64,000 bases of DNA from Protoeuglena noctilucae (Eukaryota): assembly GCA_958009085.1 (NCBI GenBank), contig OY253672.1, forward strand, positions 930,001 through 994,000, given 5' to 3'. This document shows, one piece after another, positions 47,538 through 59,399 of the stretch. The position numbers were made by a program, and so were the translations under genes. The notes beneath the pieces are model-generated. The model ran no database searches. It was not told the origin of the DNA and worked only from the letters and a program-made list of their open reading frames with translations. The first letter of the stretch is position 1; every line of letters begins with the position of its first letter.

Positions 47538-50071
47538 CTACACGGTCATCGGAGCCGGGCTGATGGGGGCCAGGCTGAGGGGCGCTGCGCTCAAGAGCGG
47601 CGATGCCTCGAGGGTGACCCTTGCGTCGAGAGCCCGGTCGCTGGAGGCGCCCCAGCCGACGCTTTGGCGAGCACGCCTCCTCGCCGCGACGGCGCTCATC
47701 GGCCTGCGGGGCTTCCCCTCGGGGGCCGTGACGGGTGCCACGCCCCCGCCCTCGGGCAGGCTGTTGGCCCCGTGGCGCGCCGAGTTGACCTCCGAGGCGC
47801 GACGGCGGGCCGGAGGCGGGAGCAGCGGGGGCGTGGGGCTCACGGGGACCGTCGCGGCCTGCCTGGCACTGTTGGCGCGGCTGGCCCCTGGCGGGGTCCC
47901 TGGGCGCAAGGCAAAGGAGGGTCCTCGTCACGCGACGGTGCGTGCCCGTGTCTCCGCTTCATCGTCCGCTGCAGTCCTCACCTGGCAAGGACCGCTCCAG
48001 GGCCACCATCCTCTCCTGGAGCTGCGCAGACATGTGCAGGAGCCCCGCCCGCAGCACCTCCCTCAACACGTCTGCGGGGGCGAGGGCGGGTCGCGGGGGC
48101 TACAATATCTGCGCGCGGAACGTCTGGGGCGCTGCGCTCGCACCCGGGTGCCTGCGCGCGCACCGGGGTGCTTGCTTGAGAGAACGCCTGTCGGGGACGG
48201 GCTCCGTGCCGCGCCCTGGGCCGTGTCCCCCTCCTGCACCGCCATCAAGCCGGACGCGAGCTCTTGGATGGCCTGCATCTCCGCCTGGTGCCTCCCCAGC
48301 TCCTCCAGAGCGCTCGTCAGGGAGTCCAGCACTGCGACCTTCTCCTCGATGCTCCGGCACTCGTCCTCTAGCGTGTGCGCGTCGTCCGCCGCGCCCTGCT
48401 GCGCCGCAACGGCCTCGCCACCGCTCTCCGCCGGTTTCGCCCCGCCTGAGTCCTGCCCCACCGGCTTGGCTGCGCCGTCGCTTGAGTTTGGCGCAGGGGG
48501 CTTTGTCTTGAACACGGCCGGTGGACCCTTGACCTGCCACTTGCGCGCCGGAGGAGGCGATGAGGCCGCCCCCCCTCTTCTAGGCCCTTTCCGCCCCACC
48601 GCTGCCGCAGCCGGCGCACGGCTTGTTGAACCGGCGCCACCTGACCGATGCGTGGCACCCGCCCTTGTGCCTGTGCTCTCCCCCGCCCAGGGGCTCAGGC
48701 CCCCCGCGCTTGGCAGCGCGACGCTGGGCGTATGCTCGCTGCCACGCGCGGACGCGGAGGGGCGCGTCGAGCCCGGAGTGGCCACGTGTGCCGTTGCTGA
48801 TGCGGACGCCGCGCGCCGGTTGCCGCCCTTCCTCGGCGGCGGCGACAGGGGCCGGACGTGCGTGGCGGCCGCACCACGCCACGGCGCGGCCCCGAAGGTG
48901 GAAGCGCCCGGGACCCAGGCGTCCCATGCCCTGGGCGTATGGGTCACGGGCGGGCGGCTGCCCAGCTCGTGGTGCCTGCTGCGCCACGGCAGCTGCGAGG
49001 GCATGTCCCCGGCCGTGTTGGGGCGGCGCGGACTCTGGCGCCGCGTGTGCCGGGACGCGACGGTACGCGCTGTCGACTCTGGGCGCGTGGAGGCCAAGTC
49101 CTGCGGCGGGGAGGGGGCGACGGTGTTGTGGGGAGCGAGGGGAACGCAAGCCCCGGCGGGGTGGGGTTCTGCGGGATCCGTCTCACCCAAGCAGCGCCGC
49201 TCTGGCCAGTCGCAACGTGCGCGTCGTGCGGGGTGCGCCGGGCACGCCGCTCAGACAGTGTCGGGCTAGATGCCCGGGAGCGAGAGCTGGCCACCGTCGC
49301 GATGCTCGCGTGGACGGTCTCTCGCGGCAGCGTGCTCCAACAAGCGTCCAGGGGCACGCGGACGGCCGTGCGTGCGGCCAGGCCCGACATGCCCCCACGC
49401 ATGAGCACGAGGAGCGGGTGGACGCGTTGGGTCGCTGGCGGCACTGGGTCTCTCCCCGTCGTGGAGGGCAGCGACGCCCTCGTCGAGGATGGCGGCCCGG
49501 GCGTGTGCCGATGCTGTCGGGCAGAGTATGCGCTCCGCTGACTTTGCGGGGTGCGATGGGCGGCCCCAGGAACTGGGCCCCGTGGATGGCGCGCATCCCC
49601 AATTGCTGGTCCGACCGACGGCGACGCCTTCTCGGCCCGCGCAGATCTTGCCTCGTCCCTCCCGTTCCGGGCGCCGGGCATCCACTCGTCATCGCTGTCG
49701 ATGGCGCGGCCGGAGTGGTCTGCAAGCATACGTACGTACCGGGCTTGGCATGCCACGACCGATTCGTGGAAATGTGCGAAGCCTGCGCGAGGTGTTCTTC
49801 ACCTGTGAAGTCGAGAACCCCGTCCACGTCGTTCCATCTCTCGGGGGCCCCGGGGCCGTCGGCTGTGTCCCCATTTGGGATGTGGTCCGCATCATGTGCA
49901 TGCCTCCCCGTTGGGGGCCCCGGGGGCTCCGGACAGGCGTCTTCAGGAGCCAGTCGATTTGCGCTCAATGGACGGATCGCGGCCTTGCGCCCCAGCTCCG
50001 CCGTCGGGTCCAAAGGCGTAGCCCCGGCAGCATCGGGCTTGTGGAACTGGAAAGACTCCTCCCGGCGCAGC
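47538..50071 (-). CDS. Large low-complexity hypothetical protein with a coiled-coil segment
   Basis: Long overlapping ORFs with splice sites; coiled coil LEDECRSIEEKVAVLDSLTSALEEL. No family recognised, and the 5' end is uncertain. Confidence 0.45.
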
Positions 50072-50842
50072 ATTCCTGCGCATACGAGAACAGAATGGAG
50101 GTGCACACATTTCAGCTGGAAGGGGCGTCTCGGACAGAGCGGGATAGACAAGCCAGCATGACAAGCAGCACAAAGACAGGGGCCCTGGCTCGTACCGAAG
50201 CGCTGGCAGCTGCGCACCTGCACCCATGGGCTGCGGCTGCCGTACTAGAGCTTGGGCCACATGCCTGCCGCTAGCCCCTTCCCAGGGCCACCCGTGAAGG
50301 CTGATGGAATGTTATCAGGGACGGGCCCCTAGACGAGCACGACACGCGCTTGACCCTTCACGCATCATGAGTAGTGCTCGCGCAGGTATCCGCTGAGTAC
50401 AACTGCTACCTGTGCAAGCCGGGCAGGTGCCACCGCAAGTGCTCTGACGGCACCTGAGCGAATTGCGCTCAATCCTGTGGCAGTCGCTACTCCCGTCAGC
50501 TCTTAGAGGCGCAGGTACGCTGCTGAAGCTATTGCACGAACAGCAGCTCGAGGCTCCTGGTGTTCTCATTCCCTGCCTGGGTGCCGGGGCTTCGGCATAC
50601 TTCGCCACACGGCATTCATTTGGTGGTGAGTTTGCATGGCAGCTGACACGCGTCCTCTCGAGCATGCTAGGCCGCGGAATTCGGGGTGCACATGCTGGTC
50701 GCACATGCACGTCTGCGCGCCCTGGTATAGCGTTCTAAAGGGGCGCTTCGTTGGCATTGCGTCGCAACATCCATTGCAAGGGCCCCGGACCCTGCGCATA
50801 AGGCAGCCAATGTTCATGTGCTCTCGTCTGCAGGCTCGGAAA

Positions 50843-51935
50843 ATGGACCAGGCCTTCCACGCGCCCAAGTTGCAGCTGTTGCTGAGCGAGGCTACGATCG
50901 TAGACATCATTGCCTCCCAGAGGTCGACGGGGGGAGAGAGCACGTCCGAGTCGCGGGCGCGCGACGAGCTTGCCAAAGTGAGAGTCACGCTTCTGAAAGC
51001 TCGCCCAACACGTTGCGCGCGATTGCTGCGGCGACAGCTGAATGTCTGTAGCCTTGCGTGCAGGTCCTGCAGGGCGACGGCGCGTTTCAAAGGCCGGAGC
51101 GCGCGGCGGTAATGGTGGACCTGCTCTACGCGGCCATGCAGCAGTGTGTATCCATGGACTTCTCGGCGCGCCAGACGGCCATCGCGCTCACGATCGTCAA
51201 AATTCTGCACGAGAAGTCCATGGCCGGACGGCTGACGATTGAGAACTCGTTCCGGGTGCTGCAGGTGAAATTCAGCATTCCGGCCGTGCCGGTGGACCCC
51301 AGTGCGCCCGCGCCACGCGATTTGACCGGCCCCGGCCACCGCAGGACCTGCTACTTACCTTCACTGTGCATCGCCCGCCCTTCAGCGAGGGCGTCTTCTC
51401 TCCCGAGGAGGCGCGCACCTTTACTGCCTGGACCCTCAGCGCCTTCTTCCGCCTCTACAAGCTCCACATGTACGCCTTCACAAAGCGGGCCACCAAGGAT
51501 GTGCGCACGGTGCCTCTCGTGGACGGTCTGGAGGCCGTCCCGGACTTCATCCTCAACGCATCGCTCGACGGCACCGTCCCGTGGGAGGCTCACGAGGCCC
51601 AGGTGGGTGGCCGGGCGGGAATCGCTGGCGTCTTGCATCCAGCGATGCGATCGAACATTGTGACGCACGGGTGCGCGCTGCAGGAGGCGGACAAGGCGGC
51701 CAAGGCCGCGGCGGAGGCGCGCGAGGCCGAGGAGCGGGCGCAGAAGGCGGAGGAGGAGCGGGTGAAGCGGGAGCTGGAGGAGGCGTACCAGGAGACGATG
51801 CCGGACGAGGTGGAGCGCAAAGTTCGGGCGGTCGTGGAGCGCGAGGTGGCGCGGATGCGGGGCGAGGTCGAGGCGCAGTACCACGAAGAGCACGAGCGGC
51901 TGCGGCAACAGCTGGCCACGTTGAAAGTGCAGTGA
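50843..51935 (+). CDS. CFAP119: Flagellar central-pair C1a protein CFAP119-like (CLAMP domain)
   Basis: DLLLTFTVHRPPFSEGVFS...FFRLYKLHMYAFT, followed by a C-terminal coiled coil. Confidence 0.8.
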
Positions 51936-52059
51936 ACCGCGGCAAAGGAGGGTTAGCTCGAGGGCGTGCAAAGGCAGCACGGCGACGCCAGCACAGCACG
52001 AGGGGCGCACGTCTAAGCTGCTAGTGCTGGGCATGCAGGGCAGCGCGCCAGTGAGGCTC

Positions 52060-53172
52060 TCAGTAGTCGTCGTGAGCCGCGTTGTGGACGCCAGAGCGCT
52101 CCTCCCCCAGCTGCGGGCGTGAAACAGGGGACATTCCTCTCATCTCGCCTGCAAAATCGGACAGCAGCAAGACAGGAGACTGGCAGAGCCGGAACGAGGC
52201 GCACCTCGTGCCTCCCTCCCGTGCTTTGGTAGGACCCCGTCTTGTTGTGCCTGACCGCCATCTGGTGCGACGTGCCCATCTCCATGTCCACCTCCTGCAT
52301 GCCCCCCGGCTGCGGCACCGCGTACCGGTCCCCAGCGGGCGGGGCCCCAGCCGCTGCCCCGGGCGTGGGGATCCCGGGCCCGCGCTTGCCCCCCGCGCCA
52401 CCAGCGTTCGCCGGCGGGGCGTCCTTCGCCGCCCCGTTCACGTCCTCGGCGTCACGAACGACTTATGTCCTGGCGCGGAGACGAGGGCAGCGTGTTGACG
52501 ACTATGCGAGTGCGACATCAGGTGATCTCTCTGCGAATTGAGGGCGGTGGGTGAGGAGCAACCCGCTCTCCCGTCCCCGCACCCATGCTCACCAGAGGCC
52601 CGTGAGGATGATGCCGAGGTAGAAGGCGATCGTCAGTCCTGCAAAGCCCGCCGCCGCGGCCCTCCCCTGGGAGTCGGTGTAGACGCTAGCGAAGTACTCC
52701 GTGCTGATGGTCGTGTAGATACACCCGATGACAAGCAGGGCGAGCATGGTGTTCCTGATGTTGGGGTACGAGAAGTGGTTGCGGAAGCCAACGACCAGCC
52801 ACGCAATGTAGATGCCTGCATGGAGAAGGCGGGAGACGCGCTCAAAGATGCGACTACACCCCCGCACCCCTCATCTCGTCGCCCCCACTCGGTCCCTCAC
52901 CGGAGGTCCAGAACAGGTGGTACCAATGGTTCTCGAACGTCCGCTCGCATGTCGAGGTGCTGCCACCCTCCTTCCTGCAATGGTCTTCAAGCAAGCAAGC
53001 ACCGGGGGGTTCCCATGGTCGGTCGCCGCTTACATAACCTGGTACGTGGATTGCGAAGGCAGCAGCAGCACTCACTGTGGGTCGCGCCGACTCCTCCAAG
53101 GGCGACGACAAAGAACAGAAGCCAGAGTGCGCCCAGTCCGATGAGGACGAGCGTCTTAGGCACCTTGGCCAT
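52060..53172 (-). CDS. Small four-TM membrane protein of unknown function (tail separated by an apparent in-frame stop)
   Basis: LVLIGLGALWLLFFVVALGG, Cys-pair loop, IYIAWLVVG, MLALLVIGCIY, AAAAGFAGLTIAFYLGIIL. Downstream exons have strong GC3 bias. Confidence 0.55.
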
Positions 53173-53942
53173 GGCGTCAACACGGACGTGAATCCTCCTG
53201 CCCGAAGCCCGCCTGCCCGACTCTTGCCGCGCGTCCGCCTGCGGGAGGACGGAAAAGGCCAACGGCGCCTCTTGCGACGGGGATAACGAAGCTGATTTGC
53301 GACGATGGGGCCCCGAAGAAGGGCGCGACCCCTTCGGGCGCAGTCGAGCGCGGTGAGCCAGAGTCGAGGGACGGGCCCTCGCCAACAAATATTAAGTGCA
53401 TGATTGTGCGGAATGTGTGGCGGTGGAGACGGGAGGGCGCAGAGGGACGGGCGGCTTGCGGTCAAATGCATTTACAAGCGCGCAGGCCGCGGGCCCCCTC
53501 CAGGCATTGGCGTGAGCTCGCGTCCCTCGCGGCACTTCAGCTTTGAGTGCAGATGTGGGCGCGCCGCGGCATTTCCGCGCCAAGCGCCTCCTCACCGCGG
53601 GGGGTCGCTTGGTTGGTAGACTGCCCCTCGCCAAAACCCTTGAACCGTGTAGCTCTCGGCTGTGCGGATGTCACGACGCTCTTCTTCCCTCGCGTTGACC
53701 GACAGGGCCTCTTTGGTGGACCCGGCGAGCTCACTGGCGCGCCGCGAGTTTTGTCTGACGGGGCCATCTGGGCGCGATCCGCGAGGATCGGTTCCGTTTT
53801 CAAAAGTTGGGTTGCTGGTCCGCGGGAGGCTGGTGGGAGGTCCGTCTCTGCTGAGAGCACATTTTGAAGGGGATTGGAAAAGCGCGCCGGGGACAGAGGC
53901 GACACCGCCTGCGCTCCGCGCTCGGTGCGTGAAGTGGGGGCC

Positions 53943-55310
53943 ATGAACGACGCCGACGGGTGGAAGAAGGTGGCCCTGTTCATGGCGGAACAGACGGAGA
54001 AGTGAGAGCGCGTGAAGTAGGCCTACACACGGCGGGCGTCCTCCGCGGCTCGTGCTTGACAACAGCGCTTTCAAGCGGCCTGGTTCAATAGAGCCTCGCT
54101 GGGCGTGGGGTGCGAGGGGAAGGGCATCTCATGCACCGTGCACCGCCTCAGGTTCGCGTCCAAGCTCGCAACGGCGGTCCGCGAGTACGTGAACAAGGGC
54201 ACGAGTCTCAAGTCGGTCATGGAGGGTGAAAAGCGGGGTCGCAAGCGGAAGGTGAGGGGCGAGACCGGTTGCCGCCCCGAGCTCAACAACGGCCACTGCG
54301 CGCGCTCCGGGGGACCCTCGCGCCTGAACAGCGCGCCGGGTTGACGATATTGCGTGTCGTATCTTTCTCACCCCGCGAATGTCTCTTCTCATCCGACGAC
54401 GGCCGCGCCACGCCCCTGAACCCTGCAGAACAAGGACCCGTCCAAGAAGCGCGCCCCCACCGACTACAACCTGTGGATGAGGTGGAAGATCTCGACCCTG
54501 AAGGCAGACGAGGAGACTCAGTCCAAGGTGGGCCACCTTGGCGTCGCGTGGCCCAGGTATCGCGCCCGCTCGCAGCTGTGCTTTCGAAGCCACGGTGAGC
54601 CCCTCTGCGCAGGGGAATCCCAACTACGAGAAGTCCGCCCACAAGCTCGTGTTCAAGGAGGCCGCGGAGGCATGGAAGCAGCTGAGCGAGCGGGAGAAGG
54701 AGGAGCAGATGCAGAAGGCTAGGGTGAGAGCATCTGCGGGCGGAGCGTTGCAAGCCCTGTGGCCGTGTGACACGACGCGGCGAGCCGCTTCCCGTCGTGG
54801 CGTTGGCGTTCCCAGAAGTTCACGGAGGAGCACGACCACGAGATTGAGATGCACACGGTGGGCCACGAGCGCGACGAGGAGGTGTCCACGCACGGGGCGG
54901 GCGACGACGACGACGAGGACGACGAGCCGACGCCGGAGCCCGTCAAGAAGAAGCCGAAGCAGGCGAGGGCGGGAGCGCGCGGGCCGTGGGGCTGGTCGCG
55001 CGCAGGGGCGTGGTGCGCGAGACGGCAGGCACGGGGTCGGTGACGCGCAGGGTGCTGCGGTGCTGGGGCCGGTGAAGGCTGCGAAGAAGGCCGACGCGCA
55101 CGGGGACGCCATGCACGTGCAGAAGAAGAAAAAGGCGAGGCTGTGAGCTCGTCGCGGGTGCGCGCATCGCGTGGCGGAGGCTGAGGCGTGCTGCACGCCG
55201 CCCACTCCTGCATCGTGCTCCGTTTCCTACAGAAGCACAAGCACGACAACGAGGGCGTCACGCCGACCAAGAAGCACAAGAAGAAGCACCACGCGGGAGA
55301 CGAGTCCTGA
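53943..55310 (+). CDS. HMG-box protein with acidic and Lys-rich tails
   Basis: KDPSKKRAPTDYNLWMR...HKLVFKEAAEAWKQLSEREKEE, acidic DDDDEDDE, terminal KKHKKKHH. Confidence 0.75.
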
Positions 55311-55611
55311 GCCTGCCTGGGGTGCCATGTGGGATGCGCAAAAGCGCGTGATGATGTTCAGGGGTCAGCACTGCTTGAGCATGCGCCGCACGCCATGGCG
55401 TGCTCGACTTCCCCCAGCTCCCAGTCTAAGTATCTGACACGAAAACGGCACGCCTAGGACAAATGTACCAAACAGTCACGCGAGCCCTTGTGCGCAAGTT
55501 GACGGCCTGGCTGGCACACATCCGCTTGCGTCACACTGCATCAGGGCCTCCTTCCTCCGCAGCCACAGTCTTGTACTGTGCGTTGCTGCGCCTGGCCCGC
55601 GGCTCTGCGTT

Positions 55612-57886
55612 TCAGGAAGCAGGAACGCAGTAGACTCGTCTGCATCCCTGCGCCCGCGGGTGGCCCATGCAGACGCGGCACATGCGCCCCTTGCCTCTGC
55701 CCTCGCCGTTGGCGGCATGCCCCTGTGGCTTGGCCGGCAGCGCCCGGCGCTTGGAGTATACGAGCGCCATCCCGGCCAGGGAAAGGCAGCCAGCCGAGGC
55801 TAGGAAGAAGAGCGGAAGCGTGAGGGAGGAGCCTTGCTCGACAATCACGGGCGACAGCGCTGGGTGCGGGCCCTCCGCGGCCGGCGGCAAGGTGGACGAC
55901 CGGGGCGTCTGCGGAGGGCGACAGGGGCGGGAGAGAATGGAAGAACTGAAAAATTCAGAAACTGATGCCTGCCAGGTGACACGACGTGTAGCCTCCACCA
56001 AGCCCGCGCCCTCGCCTCGGCAGGTGCTCGGCTCTGGATCTTGGCCCGTACCTCGGCCGGGATGCCGGGGTGGTCGGGCAGCATCGTCACCAGGTGCAGA
56101 AGAGCCTTCGTCCAGCGGTTGACCTCCCGGGTCTTCCCCGCTTGCGTCGTGGGGTTGAACATCCTGCGGGGCGCGGGGCGGGCAGCCAGAGCGCGTCAGC
56201 TCTGCCGGAGCCCATTGCAAGAGCATCCGCAGCAGCCCAGGGGTCCGCCCATCACCGGAAACACTCGTGGAAACCGGCATCGAAGTCGCCGTAGATCTCC
56301 CACGTGCTGACGAACGGCACGCGCTCCTTGGCCCACATGTGGTCCGTCGCAGTCCCATGTGCCAGGTACCCCACCGTCTTGCCCCCAGGCCCCACCAGGC
56401 ACTCTCCCGGGTCGCACACCTGCGAGGGACCAGCAGCGACAGTGTGCGCTTCGTCACGCCAGCTACCTGACAAGCTGCGAGTGGGTCATGGCATCAGCGG
56501 GTTGCCCCCGACACACCTTGGAATTGATCTGCTCTAGGAGCTGTAACTGAGCGCGGGCGTTCTCGTCATCTGGAACGACGGCCAGGTGGTCGTATGGCGC
56601 AAACATGGCGAACATGCCGCTGTGTATGTTGACGAAGGCGTGGGGCTTGAACTCCCGGACTGCGACAGAGAGACGGCAACAGCGCTGTCTCCTGCCCGCA
56701 CGTGCGGCAGCTCTCGGCAACAGCGGGGCTCGCCGCTCACCCAGCGATAACGTGAGCGCCGCCTCGGGCTCGGACAGGGGTTTTGTCCCCGGGTACTCCT
56801 CTGAGGGGTTGTAGTCAGGCTCCTTGACGCCCCAATCCACCTCGTAGTTCCGGTTAATGTCCACGCCGCGCCCGTTCTTGCGCTCGCAGGATTCGTTGTT
56901 CTCCACCTGCAAGACGGTAAGACGCGGCCGCGTCGGGTCAGGCGCGCCGTCGAGGGTGCCACCGCGGGACGTCCGCTTCAGCAACACACAAGCAAAGCGA
57001 GCCGTGCAGGGATGCCCGCGAACGAGCCAGCGAGTCACCTTCTTCCTGCCGTTCACGTTCTCCATGGGCAGGATGAGGAAGGACGCGTGGGGCAGCACGG
57101 CAGCCAGGCTGTCCGCCTCCTCCTCCGTCAACCCCAGCTCAGCCCGAGCCCTGGCGGGGTCCGTCAGGGCGTCCAACAACGCAAGCCCGACCTCAACTGC
57201 AAGAGGGGCAACGCGCAGGGGTTCTTGCTCAGCTTCAAGCCCTGCGTCAGGCCTCCCCTCGCTGGCAGGGCCGCAGACACACCTGTGAGGACCTCACGCG
57301 CATGCTCCCCGAAGACGACCATGACTCGTATCTTGTTCTGGTCGGCCGCGTTGATTCCCGCGGGCCGCACCCGCACCACCGGGGTGACTGTGGTGTAGGC
57401 CTTCCCATCCGTCGAGGTGCGCGGCACGAACTCGAGCGACACCGTCCCTGCGATTGTGGCCACGAAGGGCCGCCGGTCACTTCGAGGGAGTCGTCAGCGT
57501 CACCGCTCGCGCACCGGGCGCGCGGAAAGCGCCGCCGGCGCGACGCATTGCCGCGCACCCGTGTGCCGGTCTGCCCAATCCTCGAGGCGGTCGAAGACGT
57601 CGCGGGACTTCATGTAAAGGTTCCAATCCACAAGAACCGTGCCCAACAGATCCCTCCCTGAGAAAGCTGCGCCGGACGACGCGTCCTCGGCGCTCTGCCT
57701 CGTGCGGCGCAGGGCATGGTCCCCCCCGACGCGTGGTGGCTCGGCAAGGGCGCCCGCGCCTGCAGCTGAACGGGAGATCGACGACGTCGTACTGCAAAGG
57801 TCGCTGCGATGCATGTCGACCGCAATAGGGCTGTTCTCACCTAAGAGCGCTGCAACGAGAACCACGCGGAAGAGCCGCCGTCCCAT
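55612..57886 (-). CDS. Zinc carboxypeptidase, M14 family (signal peptide, C-terminal hydrophobic anchor)
   Basis: FGEHARE, ERKNGRGVDINRNY, YPGTKPLSEPE, VNIHSG, GYLAHGTATD, TWEIYGD. Confidence 0.92.
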
Positions 57887-58255
57887 TTCATGCACGCGCC
57901 TACTGCAGCACGTGGCAGTCGTGGACCTATCTCCTACACAAGCGAGCCCAGCCTGCGACGCCTTGCATGCCCGCGTGGGGTGTGACCCCCGCGCATGGCA
58001 GTGCTGATGCGTCTCGCGCCCGTGGCAACCAGCCTTGGGTCCTACCTGGTCGCGAATTGCAGGCGTCGCGGCCTATCTGGCTTTTGTGGTGGCTGAGCAC
58101 GGGACTGGCAGCGATGCACGTGACTGAGCTGAAGGGAGGGGCGAGGAGACGAGGTTTCGCAGAGACGAGATCGTGCTTCGCTGACGCCAGGGCCTGAGTT
58201 CCACGCAGCGTCCGCTCCTGTCCATCTCTGGCCGGGAGAAGCTCTCCAGCCGGTC

Positions 58256-59365
58256 ATGGCGGCGGTCCTGTCCGCCAGGGCGCATCCGTGCCCCGGATGC
58301 GCGATGATGCAGAAGAGGGGCGCCGTCGTTGCGCGTGCGGGTCCGACGCACGTGGATCCGACCACGGGGAAGGCGCAGATGCTCGTCCACGTCCCGCCCC
58401 ACCCGCTCATCAAGCATTTCGTCGCCGTGTGTCGGAACAAAGCCTCCCCGACGCCTGTGTTCCGCAATGCCCTCGCGGAGCTGGGCAAGATTTTGATTTA
58501 CGAGGCCGCCCGGTGAGCGGGCGACGGCCGGAAACGTACGCCAGCAAAAGCTGCTTTTCCGGCTTCCGCACGCCCGGTCGCCCACCTTGACCGTCGCTCT
58601 GTCCTGCAGTGATTGGTTGCCGACGGTGGAGGGCCAGGTGGAGACGCCGCTGGGCGTGGCGGACGTGGAGTGCGTGGATGTCACGCAGCCGGTCAAGGTG
58701 GTGGCCATCCTCCGCGCGGGGCTTGTCCCGCTCGAGCATGCCGGCACCATGCTTCCAGCGCAAGAGGTCTACCATTTGGGGCTGGTCAGGTGAGCGTGAG
58801 GACGCGGGGTGCGAACGCGGCGGCGCAGGGGGCAGGCGAGGCGATGTCCGTCCCGGTCCTGGGCACAGGGACGAGGAGACGCTGCAGCCGAAGATGTACC
58901 TCAACAAGCTTCCCGAAAAGTTCTCTCGGACCGACCGCGTCCTCGTCTCGGACCCGATGCTTGCGACGGGTGAGCAAGTCCCGCGCTACGCTTGGCCTTT
59001 GTGACGAGCGTGCCATGCGCTGCTTGCGCATCGCGGGCGGTCGCCGCGGGTCGCAGGTGGCACCATCTGCTACGCTCTGGACGAGATCATCGCACGGGGC
59101 GCGGACCCCGCATTGATCCGCGTCATTGCGCTCGTTGCAGCGCCCCCCGCCCTCAGCAAGATGAGCAAGAAGTACCCAGGGCTGCGGGTGAGGGAGACGC
59201 GAAACGCAAGAACCATGCCGGAGTGCGGTCCCCGAGCGCCTCAACGCGACGTTGGTGGCTCGTCCGCAGGTGTACACGGGGATGATCGACGAGGAGGTAA
59301 ACGAGCAGGGTTTCATCGTCCCTGGCGTCGGGGATGCCGGGGACCGCGCCTTCGGGACCGCCTAG
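58256..59365 (+). CDS. UPP: Uracil phosphoribosyltransferase, plastid type
   Basis: [53 protein letters not shown]. Confidence 0.96.
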
Positions 59366-59399
59366 CAGCTTCCGTGAAAGCCTGCGGCACGTGTTTCCT

